64,000 nt of DNA, taken from contig CBDBMJ010000001.1 in NCBI GenBank assembly GCA_965207455.1, positions 768,001-832,000 on the forward strand, in the 5' to 3' direction. A model generated the notes under the pieces. It saw nothing but the letters and a program-made list of their open reading frames with translations, was not told the DNA's origin and did no database searches. Below are positions 63,718-64,000 of this stretch, piece after piece. Numbering within the stretch: the stretch's first letter is position 1; each line of letters starts with the position of its first letter. Both the position numbers and the translations under genes were made by a program. The stretch comes from Bdellovibrionota bacterium. GTDB lineage: Bacteria > Bdellovibrionota > UBA1018 > CAIPTA01 > JAALKR01.

Positions 63718-64000
63718 TACCTTGTTTCCTTGGGATCTAGGATATCCCTAAGTCCATCTCCTAACAGATTAAATCCAAAAACGACCAGTAGAATACAAAC
63801 ACCGGGAAGGGTCACTAACCAAGGATTGCTTTCTATAAAGGCACGACCATCGGACAGCATTGTTCCCCACTCTGCGATGGGTGGCTGCGCTCCCAAGCCT
63901 AAAAACCCCAGACCAGCAGCACTTAAAATCCCTTCACTAAAACCAAAGGTGGATTGTACAATCATTGGTGCTAGGCAATTGGGAAGAATATTAATTACTG
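63717..64000 (-). CDS. dppC: peptide ABC transporter permease, 3' part
   Basis: LGFLGLGAQPP..EWG..FNLLGDGLRDILDP; runs off the window edge. Confidence 0.88.
   Translation of the reverse strand, partial: VINILPNCLAPMIVQSTFGFSEGILSAAGLGFLGLGAQPPIAEWGTMLSDGRAFIESNPWLVTLPGVCILLVVFGFNLLGDGLRDILDPKETR

Overview
The window has two parts. Positions ~49-64 kb are ordinary chromosome: a frameshifted CHASE2 adenylate cyclase, a lipase, LolC/E, fadJ-fadI, an outer-membrane barrel, pruA, rarA and dppCDF. Positions 1-48.5 kb are an AT-rich accessory region lying downstream of a tmRNA gene (48582-48939, minus strand, tag GNNLAIAA). The host is probably Bdellovibrionota-like; this is my inference from the tag and gene content. 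The accessory region looks like decayed, stacked integrative/conjugative elements: tyrosine integrase, excisionase, SSB, and VirB8/9/10 with a truncated VirD4. It is cut by IS256 (x2), IS1634 (x2), IS66, ISL3 and IS3-like scars. Cargo includes defence genes (HaeIII-type R-M with a broken nuclease, type IC R-M with PrrC, a PHP-ATPase Ppl/TrlF gene with a HEPN-motif partner) and repeat-tipped surface lipoproteins (BspA LRR x3, RCC1). The best leads are: (1) exactly spaced sigma28/FliA promoters in front of the mobile surface-protein genes; (2) a tandem ~814-bp cassette encoding six-cysteine secreted proteins that diverge mainly by amino-acid changes and are bounded by a structured dispersed repeat; (3) the HEPN-Ppl pair; (4) a PrrC with a mutated P-loop. 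All calls are by eye, with no database search. Some frameshifts may be assembly errors.
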